A DNA stretch of 63,532 bases, counting the filler, from Folioceros fuciformis (lineage: Eukaryota), in NCBI GenBank assembly GCA_049999805.1. It is 6 parts of 5 records of this genome, joined end to end, with 100 filler letters (N's around TTAATTAATTAA, not from the genome) between each part and the next. Parts side by side here need not be neighbours in the genome. Positions count along the whole stretch, not along the records: positions 19,959 to 41,124 come from JBNGIO010006445.1; 5 more parts are not named here. One strand, 5' to 3'. Positions 24,092-36,898 of the stretch are shown piece by piece; the stretch's first letter is position 1; the number at the start of each line of letters is the position of its first letter. The notes beneath the pieces were generated by a model. That model was not told the DNA's origin. It saw only the letters and a list, made by a program, of their open reading frames with translations, and searched no databases. The position numbers and the translations under genes were made by a program.

Positions 24092-27000
24092 TCAACGCAT
24101 AACTGATTCCTTCACGCGGAACAAACCTGCAGTACTGCTTTTGGAAGAGAACAGGGGTCAGAAAAAACCTGGCGCAAATACGCGCTTGGGAAAGGACAGA
24201 CATCGCGTCACGGCAAAAGCGACTGTTAAATCACAATACTAATTAATTGCAAGGTAGCGATGGGTGGTGATGGAGACGCCGATGGCGGAAGCACTTACGT
24301 GTATTCCAGGTGGATGTTCAGATAACGAGGATTTTCTCTGCTCTGTGATAGGCTAATGGTTCCATCAATGACTTGATCTTGTGCAACGTCAATCGGGTCA
24401 TAGATGTAAAGAATCGTCTGCAACATTCAGACCGGTCAGATTCGGAACAAAACCTTAATTGGGTACGAGGACGCCTCACAAGCCGCAGTTGAATAGCAAG
24501 TACACCAGACCTGTGCCCAGTGAGTGGGATTTTCTTCTGGAGCAGTAGAAAGAACAATTTGATCTTGAGGCGCTCTCTGTTGTCTGTCACTAAAACCTCG
24601 AGGGTACTCAGCAGAAACTGCGCTATCCAGGGAGGACTCGGACCGAATGTCGTTTCTTGCTGTGTCCTTACCAAAGGAGACATCGAACCAAATAGCAAAA
24701 CCATGCAGGGGAGCTGGTCAAAGGACCCACAGATTAGATCCCATACATAATCAACCAAATTATTCTGAAAGGTGATGAAAAAACCGTGGCTTGGTCTTGG
24801 TACATGCCTGCCATCATGGAGGTCGCACGAAAATTGGTGGAAACTACTTCAAGTTCCTGAACAGTCACAGTGCTGCAGTCGAAATGCTTCACCTGTAGAC
24901 CAGGACAAAGGGGGGGCTTGACGGTGCACACATGAGGCACAAGGCACGACATGGACCATATTTTGCCAGCATACAAATTTCCAGGATGATAAAACCACAA
25001 TTGCAAAACTTTTGGAAGACTGGTTTTGAAACTGTACCACGACAGGCCATGACAAGACATTCTCCGCCGCAATTGTTTCGATGCAGGGTTCCTCAAACGA
25101 ACATAGTTTTGCGAGTGGCAACATCGCAGACACTGCGATGCAAGTGAAAGAAATTGTAAGGAACCGAGAATGATTCAGAAAAAAATAGAAGAAAAAAAAT
25201 ATATCACAGCAAAGTGGGAATGTGCTACCAGTGTCACATTCTAGTGCAACAGGCGCCCAAAAAAAATGACATGAAGGACAAAAATCAGCCACAATCAAAT
25301 CTCACAAGCTTGCAGCTCACATTGAGATAATGTACTCACTGTCAATGCCGTAGACATTGCGCCAGAAATCTATACTGTCTCTATATCTCTCTCCGTTTGT
25401 TATGGGGGCCATGTATAGCTGCAGCACGACATGACAAAGTCAGATGCGCAAGTGCAATAAGGACTTGCTAGAACTGACCCAGATTTAACGTAATCTTGAC
25501 CAGAAAATTCAAGCCATGTCTGCACCGTTGCATATGATGGCAATATCAGTCCTCCTGGCTTAAGCCAGCGGTCGCGCGCCCAAATAACACTTGCCAACAT
25601 GCTCTGAGGAATCAGAACATCTCCGGGTTAGCAGCTGAAGGCAAATGTGTGAACTATTTCAGTTGCAGCGGTGCTCATGTAAGGCAGAGGCAGAATCCGG
25701 CCTTGGAAACAACTCAAAACCTACTTCGTAGAGAAGCATGTAGCCCATCCACTCTGAAACAATAACATCTACTTCCTCGTCTAGTTCTGCTTCCTGTCAA
25801 ATGCACCGCAGAGTTAGAGAAGTGTAAGGTGGCCAGAAAGACTATGCACAGGGCCAAGAAAGTGGACACGCTCATAGATACTGTACCTCAATCCTACCAT
25901 GTATCACAGTTATTATGTGTGCTAGTCCATTGGCCTTCACAACCTCTTTTGCCTGCAGATCCACACAATTTACTTGAGGCAACAAAAAAACAAGCAACTC
26001 GATCCGTGAACGTCTGTTCTCAAAAGTGTCCTGGAGCCTCAAACAGCCCAGAGGACAACTGGAATACTAAAAAAGTACCACAAATGCATAAATCGACTTT
26101 ACAGGCAAAAATAGTGCTATAATACCTGGACAGCAATGTCACTGGCATCTACCGCATAAACCTGTATACATGGTCAGAAAACAAAAGGATAGTTTCAGAA
26201 AATACTTGAATCCCTGTGCTTCAGGCCAAAGAGTTTAGCCGTGCTACTACACGACATGTTGGGAAATACCTTTCGAGCCCCAGCGTACGCACAGAAAATC
26301 GAGAGTATCCCAGTACCACATCCAACATCAATCACAACCTGTAACATCCAACGTAATTGCAATGACGAGGCGACCATCCAAAGGGACCTGCCTTTTCTCA
26401 TCCAGGACCCAAAAATGTCTAGTCCCGTGTGATAGCCACAATGTTTTAGTGAAAGAAGCATTGTAATCCATAACAGAAAATCAACAGGTGCAGCGCACAT
26501 GAGGGTGAGGGTGCTGCCGATGCAAACCTGACCTTATTTCGAATAGCATCCATGTGGAAAAAAATGGCTTCCCGATATGTTTCAGTCCGTATCCTGTCCT
26601 GCAGATGCAGAAGGCACGATGACCGCCTTAAGCAACTCCCCATACAGAGGAACAAAACCCAGAAAGTCTGAAAATGATTTGATTAATTACATAAATAAAA
26701 GACAAATTAATTTAACAAGAGCTTGCGAATCGCGGAAGCGGGAAAATGGGGTAACGAGCAACAAGAAAACACGAAAGCTGGGAGATAACAGCAGTCCAAT
26801 GGGAAGCATTCCGTGTGAGAAGAAATTAACAAGATCGAGTAAAGAACGGCAAAATGCCTCAAAATCCGATGGTCAAGGGGAACAAGGGAGGAGGACGGGT
26901 CAGTCTCGAGCTGAGCGTGTAAAACGCGATCAGCTCGCTGACAAGCCCGCAAGCCCGCAGCTCAACGACTCTAGGTTAGCAGACACAACACTGAGCGGCC

Positions 27001-27300
27001 CGACGGCGCGACAAGACGAAAGCACGAATCAGGAGAGGAGCCGGAAATCGTTGCCTTGATCATTTCCTCGTGGATGCCGACATGCGAGTAGGAATGGAAG
27101 TAGGCGGCGTCGTGCTCCAGATACGGGGCGGCTGCCATGCCCTCGCCTCCACCCGTCCTGCACTGCAATGAGGACTGCAATCCGTAGGCGTCCGCCTGGC
27201 CCTTGGCCTTCTCCTTCTCCTTGTCCAGTAAGCTGAACTTAGCGCCCCGGTTGACCTTGCCGAGCTTCCTGCTTCCCCGCCCTGCCTTCTCCGGCCCCAT
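24092..27300 (-). CDS. PRMT6: Protein arginine N-methyltransferase 6, multi-exon
   Basis: YFHSYSHVGIHEEMIKDR, VIDVGCGTGILS, VDVIVSEWMGY (double-E loop), RDRWLKPGG, THW loop (NPTHWAQ) and C-terminus VKESVMR*, typical of plant PRMT6. Confidence 0.94.
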
Positions 27301-28060
27301 GACCGGCGGACCAGCGCACGCAACAGGCTGGAGCCGTGACTCCTCAAAACCTACCTCCCATGGCAACGCCCCACGTTGCCGGCCGTGTCATAGTTGCCAG
27401 TGCTGTACTCAGCCGGAGCACCAGCCTCTCCCCGTCCCCGCCTGCTTCCACCAATCGGGGGTAGCTCGCCAGATCAATCCATGCTGCGGCTGCGCGCGCC
27501 TCGACTCGCCAATTCCAACTTCTGATGCAACCGGCTGCCGGACGCACCACCGCTCCGACCGGTCACCACACTGTTAAACAAATTTTCGCTACTTTCCGCA
27601 CAACTTGGGGGTACACGCCTCAACATCGACAGATAGAGATTTTCAATGGTTTGCTCTTCAAATTAGACATGCTGCCTTCCCTACAATTCACATTTGAATA
27701 AGGTAGCTTTTTTAAAAAAAAATATTTTATTCGTACCTAGCTAGAAGAAATAAGTGAATAAATCTGGACTTTTCATATAAAAGATGGAACTTTCGTATAA
27801 GTAGGTGAAAAGGTACATGGTGTTGGTTTTTACCAAGTTAGTAGTGCTACCTAGTAGCAACAAACAGTCAGCACGCTGAGGCAGGCTTTCGTCGACAGCT
27901 TATATTCCACGCGACACGGCTTCCTCATACAGTGAACAAAATTCAGGCATTCTTCAGCCATTTTTGCAAAGTCGTTTCCGAGGATGATGTAACGGCTGCG
28001 TCGAGTACGTCCTCGAAGGGATTGGGACCTGGCACGCCTTGGACGAGTGGCGGACACGCC

Positions 28061-29114
28061 ATGGCAGGCCTCCTCAAGCTGTTACGGGAGAAGGGTATTG
28101 TTGCTTTGCTCAGGGAGGCGAAGGAGAGCGGTCTTCTGTAAGTCTGGGATGATCTTAGCTGCGGGCCAGCTTGTTTCTAGCAATTGTTAAGGATCTGATG
28201 GAATGCTGATGATAAGCTCTGATTTGGTAGTGTGGCGTCTGTTTAGCTGTGGCAGCAAGCTTGGTAACAGATCTCTCGTATCCCGTGCAGGAAGGGCATC
28301 ATCGATGGCAACCTGTTGTAAGTATGCTGGAGTTCTTGCTCCTTCTTGTGTGTGCTGGAAGCTTCTTGCATTGTTCCGGTCTTGGATTGTGGTTGTGGCA
28401 GGTAGATGTTGTAAAAGGGGTCCGTGAAATTTTTTTAGGGTTCGGTTGCGCTTGAAAAGAGGAGGTGTCGAAATTTTTGGCCTGGTGGAAGTGGTAGGTT
28501 GGGTTGAGTGCGAATCGACGGTGAGGCTGTTGTGGCTTCTTGAAGGCATACCAAGTTGCGGGAATTCGATGGAGCCAAGCTGAAGGGAGTTGATGGGTTT
28601 GGCAACAAGTATTTTGAGAAAGTTGCCAACACGCAGTTTGGTGAGTTGGTGTGCTTATCTGCCCTGCAATTTTTCTCTGTGGTCGGACTGCTTTGCAGGT
28701 TGTTTCATCTGCTGCCGCGAAACCCCGCTGCGTGCAGGAAGACATCGATGGGTGGAGTACGGTGACAAGAAAGCCTACGATGCTTCCTCGGTGCCACCAG
28801 AGTGGCATGGCTGGCTGCATTACATCACCGACCACACCCCTGAAGAGGTGTGTACCTTCACATCCCCTGTCACCCAGCCCTCCGTTATGCCGTAGCCTCC
28901 CTTCCCTCTATCACAGCATCTGGCCCCCCTTGTTTGGTAACATCTTCCCTCCTCCTCAATGCAGCTTAAGGGCTTAAGGCCAACACGCTACGGGGTTGAG
29001 CACCGGCCAAATCAAACAGGCGAGGGAGAGGATGTGATCTATCACCCCAAGGGCAGTGTAACGAATCCCAATCAGCGTGACTGGAAGAAGTACGAGCCAT
29101 GGCAGTCTAGTTAG
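28061..29114 (+). CDS. NDUFA12: Mitochondrial complex I subunit NDUFA12 (B17.2), multi-exon
   Basis: [52 protein letters not shown]; head-to-head with PRMT6. Confidence 0.93.
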
Positions 29115-30289
29115 AGTGCTGTCTACTGAAACAACTGGTTTCCAGTTTGTTTCAGTCTTGTGTGCGTCTCCAGAGCTGTTCTGTGCAGTCCACCTCCACT
29201 AAGCCACATTGTAGTGGAGTCCTCATGGTGTCCTCCTACACCCATCGGTGGTTCTCCACGGACGGAACCTTCCCTCAGATGTGTCAATTTCCAGAAGTTC
29301 CACGCCAGACGAATCATGGAGAGGTCTCAGCCATGCTATGCGTCACCTGACGGAATTTAATTCCTTCCGCGTTTGTGCTGGGGTTAGCTACTACCCAAGT
29401 AAGTGTCTACGCGGAAGCCCTATGTAGGGCGCCCTAAGTGATGATCCCTAATTGGGGCCCGCACTTCTGTCAATAGAAGCTCATGTCCACGGGGCAAGAA
29501 CGCTAGGAAACATCATTTAAAAATCCTCACCCTCCGGGAGGGCTCTCAAATATTTGGAAAGGAGCTCACGGTAGAGACATCGCCGAGGACATGCTTTTCC
29601 TTCTTTGCTGCAAGAAGTGACGAGCTGTTGGTAAATGGCACGGGCCGGCCACGGAAGCGAACGATGAAGGCCCGGCATGACCGCGGTTCGGGAGAAGAGC
29701 TCCCTGGTGCCATCAATGTTCCAATTCACATGGCCCGAGACCGCGCGGAACCCAGCGCCTTCTCCTTAACCCGGCCACCTGCAGCTTCGTGGCGATGCGC
29801 GGGACCCTCCGTCGTCCATGTGATCCCTCTCCTTCATCTTCCACAGCTGCGTCTCACGGACCCGGACAGATTCTCCTGCACACATCCAATGGAGGACGAC
29901 TCCTAGCACTCGGATCGTTGTTGTCAAGGAGTTCCATTTGGAGAAAATTCATGAGGTTTTGATAGGTCAGCTCAAAGAAAGATACTAGTGGACCTCTTCA
30001 GAATCTACACGAGCCTTCTGTGTTAATATGCTGTGATACTCAGCTATATTCCTACGATGTAACCTCTAAGTAGCAGCAGAACCCTCAACAATTTCGTTAC
30101 TTGTCACAGACCTGAATGCCTCCTTCACTGGTCCAGATCCTCGAACCTCCTCCCTGCACTCGTCAGAGGCTTCAATACGTCCGCCTTCACTCCTTAGGGA
30201 ATGGAATGTAGAGAAGAGAAAGATCTAATTGAGGTCCCTTCCTCGAATCCACTTCGGATCCTCCACTCCATACCGCTTGAAGGCTTCCT

Positions 30290-31322
30290 TCACTCATCAC
30301 TTGTAAGATAAAACTGCACGGCTCGCAAAATTCTTCCTTGAGCTTCACTCGTCGGAGTGTCTTGAGCTTGGCCGTCAGTTTGTGGTTCACTTGGAGCAAC
30401 TCCTCCGGATTCTCTGTTGCGGTTATTCATGCGCTCCCTGGCCTCTGCAAACAAGCGCTTCTGTGTTGCCACGGCTTCTTCTTCTGTCATACCTTTGGGT
30501 TCTCCACGCTTGCCCTCGGCGCGCTCTTTCTGAATTTAATCAGCGTTGCAACCAATTACAGAAGTCCCGTTATATTTCATCGAAGAATCCATGACTATCC
30601 TCAAACAACATGGCATAAACTGGGAAGAAACACAAAGCTCACTGCGCGTCGAGTCTTAAGGTCCTCGTAGGTCTTCTCAAGAACATCTCTGTACTCCCCG
30701 AATTCTAGTTCCTACACGCCCCGAAAGTTGTCGCCAAATGAATTACACACGTCGGGATTTAATCACAATCTGCTTGCACGAAGCGCCAGCGATCCTACCT
30801 CCATAGCTTGCATCACATGCTTCGGGTGTAACAAAGCCGCGCGGTCTTTGATGCGTATCTCATTAGCCTGGAAAGTCACCATCCGGATAAATTCTGGCCC
30901 AGAGAAACAGCAAAATCAGCCAACAGCCTGCGGCGTAACTTGGGGAACAAGATCAAACACAAGAGACTGTCACATTGAAGCCCCTCCAATTTGACAGGAA
31001 GCAGCAACGGGGTTTCACAACAACGCCAAGGGAATGACGATTCAACCTGTGCTGGTCTCTAGCAAAATATCTTCCACATCGTTGTCGAGACTCAGGCCCG
31101 GTGGCAACATCTCCTTTACAACTTTTCTGATCGTTGCTGATACACACACACTAGCTCTAGATCAGAGTGCCATAGAGCTCTGCAATTCCCGACAGCGAAC
31201 GCACAGTGACGTTGAACTGCACCTTTGTGAAGGGACAGGATTTTCTGCTTCTTTTTGGAGTCGCTGGCTGCCATTGTCGCAGAGCTGCTGTCTGCAATTG
31301 TCTCAGAGTCGCTGTCTGCCAT
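30290..31322 (-). CDS. DR1: Divergent NC2beta / Dr1 histone-fold transcription cofactor, 5 exons
   Basis: Spliced product: LSLHKATIRKVVKEMLPPG..EFIRMVTFQANE..HPKHVMQAMEELEFGEY..MTEEEAVATQKRLFAEARERM. This matches the Dr1 histone fold and its C-terminal helix. The exact 3' end is uncertain. Confidence 0.85.
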
Positions 31323-31745
31323 TGTCGCGGCCTCTTTAACCAGTCGACACAGTCACAGCTCGTGAAACGAAATTTCGACGTAGGTAGACCTATCGATGGA
31401 TGAGATCGAAAGACAAGAAGGAGAAGAAGAACAGTCGCCTGAGGATGGATTCCCATCATCGCGCTGGGTACTTATCTTATACCATTATAACGGGGAAATG
31501 GAGAGAACCCGTTTAGGTACTCAAAATCTCGTTGTATTTTTTCAAAATAAAAATTCCCTCCCCATAAAAAAATCTATACAGTATGTGCATCCCGCGTTCC
31601 CGCCATTCGCCAATCCTGGCCTTCAGCACATTATAAATCAAGACATGGGTAGGCCGTTCTTTCGGATCTCTGTGTCGAAAGTCCACGGCTTGAACATGGT
31701 GAATTCCATCAGCACGGCTCTGGGACTGTGAGTCCGGTTACCGCC

Positions 31746-34700
31746 ATGGCTGATTCCTCCAGCTCCAGGTCCGAGCGAAGTCTCAAAAATGCTGCTGCAG
31801 ACAAGCCTTGGAAGCACAGGCAGAAGGGGGTAGCAGCCAAGGACAAGGACAGCCCCCTCGATGCCGCAGTGAAGGACATACAAATATTTGAGGGGAAGCC
31901 TGCATTTGTGTCTGCCGGGGTTTCCCCGACGTCGGCTGAGACTGGGTACCTTCGGATCGTAGCGGGAGATGATGCCGAGTTTGTGGTTCCATCTCAAGTG
32001 GTGCAGTCCTTCCAGTGCGTTGATGTGATTATCCATGGCGAGAGTAAGTAACGTGGCTAGCTTGATTTCGTAGTTGGATGGCGTTGCCGTCTCGTTGGAT
32101 GCGGTGCTTTTGTTGTTCTGGGACTGGAAGCTCTGGTGGATCGGGACACGAGATCGTGATGACTAAGTCACGGTGATGCTTCGTGTGTGGTCTTGGCAGC
32201 TACTTTTCTGGAGAGAGTGGAGAATGTCATTCGGTTTCCAGATATAAGAGCGGAGGTGCGCTGGCTCATCTCATCTCTGGATTGCGAAGGAGCTGGGGCT
32301 GTTCAACAAGTTTTGGACTCGTGCAGGTTATGGAGCTCGTTTTGCAGTTCGTTTTCTTGGAATATCTGAATCAAATGAAGGCGGAGAGGTACTGGGGAGG
32401 TGATACTCCGCGTCTTGTTTTTCAGTTCGAGGTATGCTATTTGTGTCTGCTGGAATTTCTGGTTGCAGTGGAATGTCACATGCTCTTCTCCTGTGTGATG
32501 TGATCACTCCGGCTTGGCTATAGGTGGACCCTGGGCTAGTGATGGAAGTAATCCATGCTGCACATTTTCTGGGGATCCAAGCTCTGTTGAAAGTGGCCGC
32601 AACTATGGTGGCTCACTGTTTCAAGGGTGGGTCTCCTTGAAATCATGCTTGATGCTCCTATTCTTGCTATTAGATGCGCTGGATTATTAACTTGATTCAA
32701 AATGTTTAGCCTTGCCCTTCTCTGAGTGCAGATGTGCCTGATGTGTCCTCCATGCCGACAGACCTGGCATGGTGTGTGGCGGAAGAGTTCTCAGCAGTTG
32801 ACCTTTTTGATGCCGAGGAGCGGACAGACTTTTTGAGCTTGAATCTTGGTACATGTAATCGTTACGGTACAAATTCGGCAGGTCAGGTAGGTTTGACTTC
32901 TTTGTTTGCGATCTTACATCCTGCGCCTGCTTTCTCTACAGATACTGAAAGCCTCTGGGAAAAGCATTGTCGGAGATACATTTTGGACAATTCTGTTCGA
33001 CCTATCCCTCGTGGTGAGGGTTATCCGTCCCATAGAGAGTGGGCTAAGGTTGAAGGGCCTCCACCGTTGTCATGGAAGAGTCTCTATGTTTCACATTTCC
33101 TTCAGCAGCTTGCTGACAAGCAGAACGGAGGTGAGTCATTACTGATGTGTGCATACCTTGTACAGCTTTTTGGTTGTTCAGTATTCACTATTTTTTGCCT
33201 GTTATATGGTGGTCATTGACGTACAGATGAGATTGAGGCTTTCTTCAGGGAGGTTTCGTACAAAGGAAAATTTTCCTACAGACACACGGTACCGTATGTC
33301 AACGCTAGCGATTGCTGTTATGGTCTTGTCTGCACAGTTTGTTTCCAGGTCTTTCATTAGATCAGGAAAAATGATTCTAGGTCGAACTGAACATGTATCT
33401 GACCCTTAGGTGCGGCCTATGTTCTGGGACTGGGTGATGAGTGCTCCAGGAGCTTGGCCATTATCATCATACATTGCTCAACTTCCTCGTCTGACATCTT
33501 TGAGTATGTCATTATCTTGTCCTTTGCAATCTGATGCCTGTAAATTACGGTGGGCCATATGGAGCAACTTTAGTATCTTTTCAGCGCCGATTGGAAATGT
33601 TTTTTTGCTGAAATGGCACCTGTTTATGGCTTAGGCCTTGCAAACATTCCGTTATTCAAACCTTCAGTAGATGGGGTCGTGCCATTTTTAAGTGTCGAAG
33701 GCATTGTCCTTAATCTCCCCCTTCTTCAGCATCTTGACATCAGGTAACAGGTTGCTTTACAGGACATCCTTCTCAATTGGCGTCATGCCGGGGTGGCTGG
33801 TAACATATTATGGATGTTTCTTTGTGCAGTGGTACTGGTTTCACAACCGAGGCAGCAATTGGTTTGAGCAGGAGTCTGTCTTCACATAAGAGGTACGCAA
33901 TTTTGAGTTTTAGGCGCATCTTTGAGTCCAGGTCGTTTTTGGGATCCTAGTTTTGGTTTTGAGCCCGCTGGGTTTCTGTAGCCTTCAGGTGCTTCAGCTC
34001 GGTTACAATCACATCAAGTCAAAAGGATTTGCAGCTATTGCGAAGACACTCCCGTTTGTGAGGTACTTCCCCTTGTAGACCAGACGCCTTCAAATGATGT
34101 CCCCTCGATTAACCGTGTTTCGTTTGTTTTAATTGCCTTTACGTTGTAACACTTTTCAAACCGCATCATGGTATAGGACGTTGAAGTTGTTGGATGTTTG
34201 CGGAAATGGAATCTCTTCTGCTGCAGACCAGTCTGTTGTCTCAGCATTAAAGCAGAGTGCAATCGAGGAGTTTTTGTTTGCAGGTATTGTTGCTTCACGT
34301 AATGTCATGGATGAACTAGACACTTGCGAGGATGATATCGTGACTAGGGGTCTAGCGTCTTTGGCTTGGGCTGATGACAGCGGGAGCCACCGTTAATGCT
34401 TGTCTGTCACAGAGAATTGCCGGGCAAATGGGGGAGGAAACCTTGAAACCGTTCCGGGCTCGACGCCTGGGCGTACGGCGTCCGCAGGACTTGGCCCTCT
34501 TGTTGGTGCTGATTCATGTTGTGCTTTAATGGTGTCCGTCTTTTCTGAGGTGCCCAGTTCGTTACTGGATCTCCAGCTGTCGCAGTGCGGTTTGGTAGAC
34601 TGTCAGGTTGGTGCACTTGCACGAGCTCTCAGCGGGCATACTATGATTCAGGTGCCATTCAAACACCACCTCACCTTGTAGGCTTAAGTGGGCATATATC

Positions 34701-35454
34701 CCGTCCAAGTAGCGCAAATTCTCGGTGGTGTTCAGCGACACACAGTATTGATTGCCGGAGGGGTCTGTAGCAACTGATATTGTCGTGCTTCTGACTTAAT
34801 GTGGGATGGCAGAAACTGGACCTGGGTGACAACAATTTTTCTTCACCTGGAGCTATTTCGATATTCTCGTGGCTGCAGGTTGAGTTCAATTAAGCTTCGG
34901 AAACAGACTTTGTGATAACGACTTTCCACCGGGAAACCGCAAGGGATGTGGCCAATATTGACCCCCAATTTATCACTCCCTTCCAGACCAACAGGACAAT
35001 GAGGGAGCTGTCTCTCGCCAACAACCAAGTTTGTGATTCCTCAGCTTCTTCCCTGTCAGCAATGTTGCATGAGCACCCATGCATACAAAAGGTGTGGACC
35101 TTCCTGTGAGTGATATGTTCGTTGGTTATCCTTGGCACAGCTGGCCCACTGGTATCATTTTTTGTGTTGCAGATCAATTTGAATGGAAATCATAGCTTCA
35201 GCGACGAAGTATTTCAGGAGGTGATCACTTTCCTCTCTGTTTGAAGAAAATGCTTGGCCTTTTCGCCGAGTAGTAGTTCAGTGAATCTTGTTTTCTGTCT
35301 TCAGGTTATCGCTGCTGCAATTGCGCATACTAACAATCTGAACGGGCCATTCCTGCTGGACATCCGGAACACGAGCATGAACTACGTGATTCGTGGAAGG
35401 GTTCAGCGACAATTTCCCCCTCATTTGGGTTCCAACTTGCATGTCTTGATATGA
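31746..35454 (+). CDS. Elongin-C/SKP1-like BTB domain + F-box/Elongin-A-like segment + RNI-like LRRs, multi-exon
   Basis: ELOC-like part: GYLRIVAGDDAEFVV..FLERVENVIRFPDIRAEVMELV..FEVDPGLVMEVIHAAHFLGI. Then DVSSMPTDL..DTESLWEKHC..SWKSLY. LRRs follow: LQVLQLGYNHIKSKG, LKLLDVCGNGI, LDLGDNNFSSPG, MRELSLANNQVCDSSA. The exons I checked join in frame at GT-AG sites. Confidence 0.8.
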
Positions 35455-35894
35455 CGAGCTGGCACGGGGCTTAAGGTAGTATCTGGCTGTTTGCCATCGT
35501 TTCGTTGGTGTTTACATAGTAGTAAGAATTGTTGCCACAGACTATTTCTGCCGGCAGCGCGCTCTCCATGTCCTTGGACTCTTGGTGGCTTAGGAGGTCG
35601 AAGCCAGTAACGCATCGAAAAGGCACCTGTCTGATAGGATCGCTGAAAACGATGTGATCCTTACGAGCTCACCAAGATGTTCATGAAGTTAAATGCTGTC
35701 CAGAGCTATTTCTACACTGTAGCATGCACTTTCCAGCAAATCAGGAGCCGATCGTCTTTCCATGGATGCCAGGCTTTACACGTGAGACTTCATACAGCGT
35801 TCCAGAGCTGAGAGCAGGACGACACCCCACAGAGCAACCCACATCCAGGTACCGGATTCTGAGTTCGGTGCATTGTGAAGATCCGTTCTATGGG

Positions 35895-36132
35895 AATTGA
35901 GCCTTCTGGGTTTCTCTAGCCTTCGCGTGCTGAGCGACTTGGAGATTCCTCTTCTGGGGTTATATCCTCCTGCGTTTCTATGGCCTTCAGGTGCTGAGCG
36001 AGTCGGAGATCCCTCCTTTGGGACTTGAGCCTTTTGGTTTTCTCTGTCCTTCAGGTGCCTGAGCTGGATTCCAATGACACTGAAGACAAAGGGGTTCTCA
36101 GCTATTGCAAGAGCACACCCGCTTGTGAGGCA
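35895..36132 (+). pseudogene. Degenerate partial duplicate of an LRR exon of the upstream gene, with ~64-bp tandem expansion of its acceptor region
   Basis: 36026-36132 resembles 33961-34064 (GAGCC..GGTTT..CCTTCAGGTGC..AAAGG..CAGCTATTGC..CCG.TTGTGAGG). The GAGCCTT..CCTTCAGGTGCTGAGC unit occurs about 3 times. Confidence 0.65.
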
Positions 36133-36898
36133 TCATGATGCCCATTGTAGAGGGTCGGTCTGTGGTCCCCGCATCATCAAAACAGAGTTCAATCCAAGAC
36201 TACACGGTGCTGGTGAGGGCGGGAGCCGTTGTTGATTCTCGTGTCACGTAGAAATGCTGGGAAAATAAAGGAAGAAACCTGAAAACCACTCAGGGCTGCA
36301 CGTCTGGCCATGCGCAATCTGCAGGCAGCGGCACTGGCGTTGTTGCTGTAACCTCCACGTTGTGCCTTGAAGGTATCCAGCATATCCTGAATCTGAACTA
36401 ATACCAGTTCACGCGGATTCGACGGAACAGCCAGGGATGATTGAAGCCGACGATGTGTGTTTCTTAATGGGCCAGACTCTGCGATGAATCTGCTGAGCAT
36501 CTAAATGTGGGACTAAAAGCAGGCTGCGGAGCGACTTGTCTGAGTTCGAGGAAACGGCCTCTCTCAGGATATTGCTCCAATCAAGTAGTATTCTTCTAGG
36601 TTGATAGCAACCACGTTTAATTTAAAGTAATGGGATACTTTACTAGAAAGAAGAGGGAGAAAAAACCTCGGGTTAAACTACACTTTATTTTCCTAAACTC
36701 TTGGTGAAGGAATCTTTCTTTTTAAAGTATCATATTCACCAAGCATACCATGGGAAAAACTACATTTGGTATTGGGCAAACAAAAAGGATAGCAGTGTTA
36801 AAAAACACTCAAACATCTTAAGAAAGTAAGGCAAGGACATCTTTTCCATGCAGTGCAAGGATACAACCCCACAACATTTTCCTTTAGTTGGTTGTGCA

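Noticed and set aside
29400-30200. Short ORFs between NDUFA12 and Dr1
   Set aside because: No domain or splice-supported model.
34394-34396. Apparent premature stop in the ELOC-LRR gene
   Set aside because: It falls inside a GT-AG intron (~34283-34412) whose removal restores the LRR frame (EEFLFAEN).
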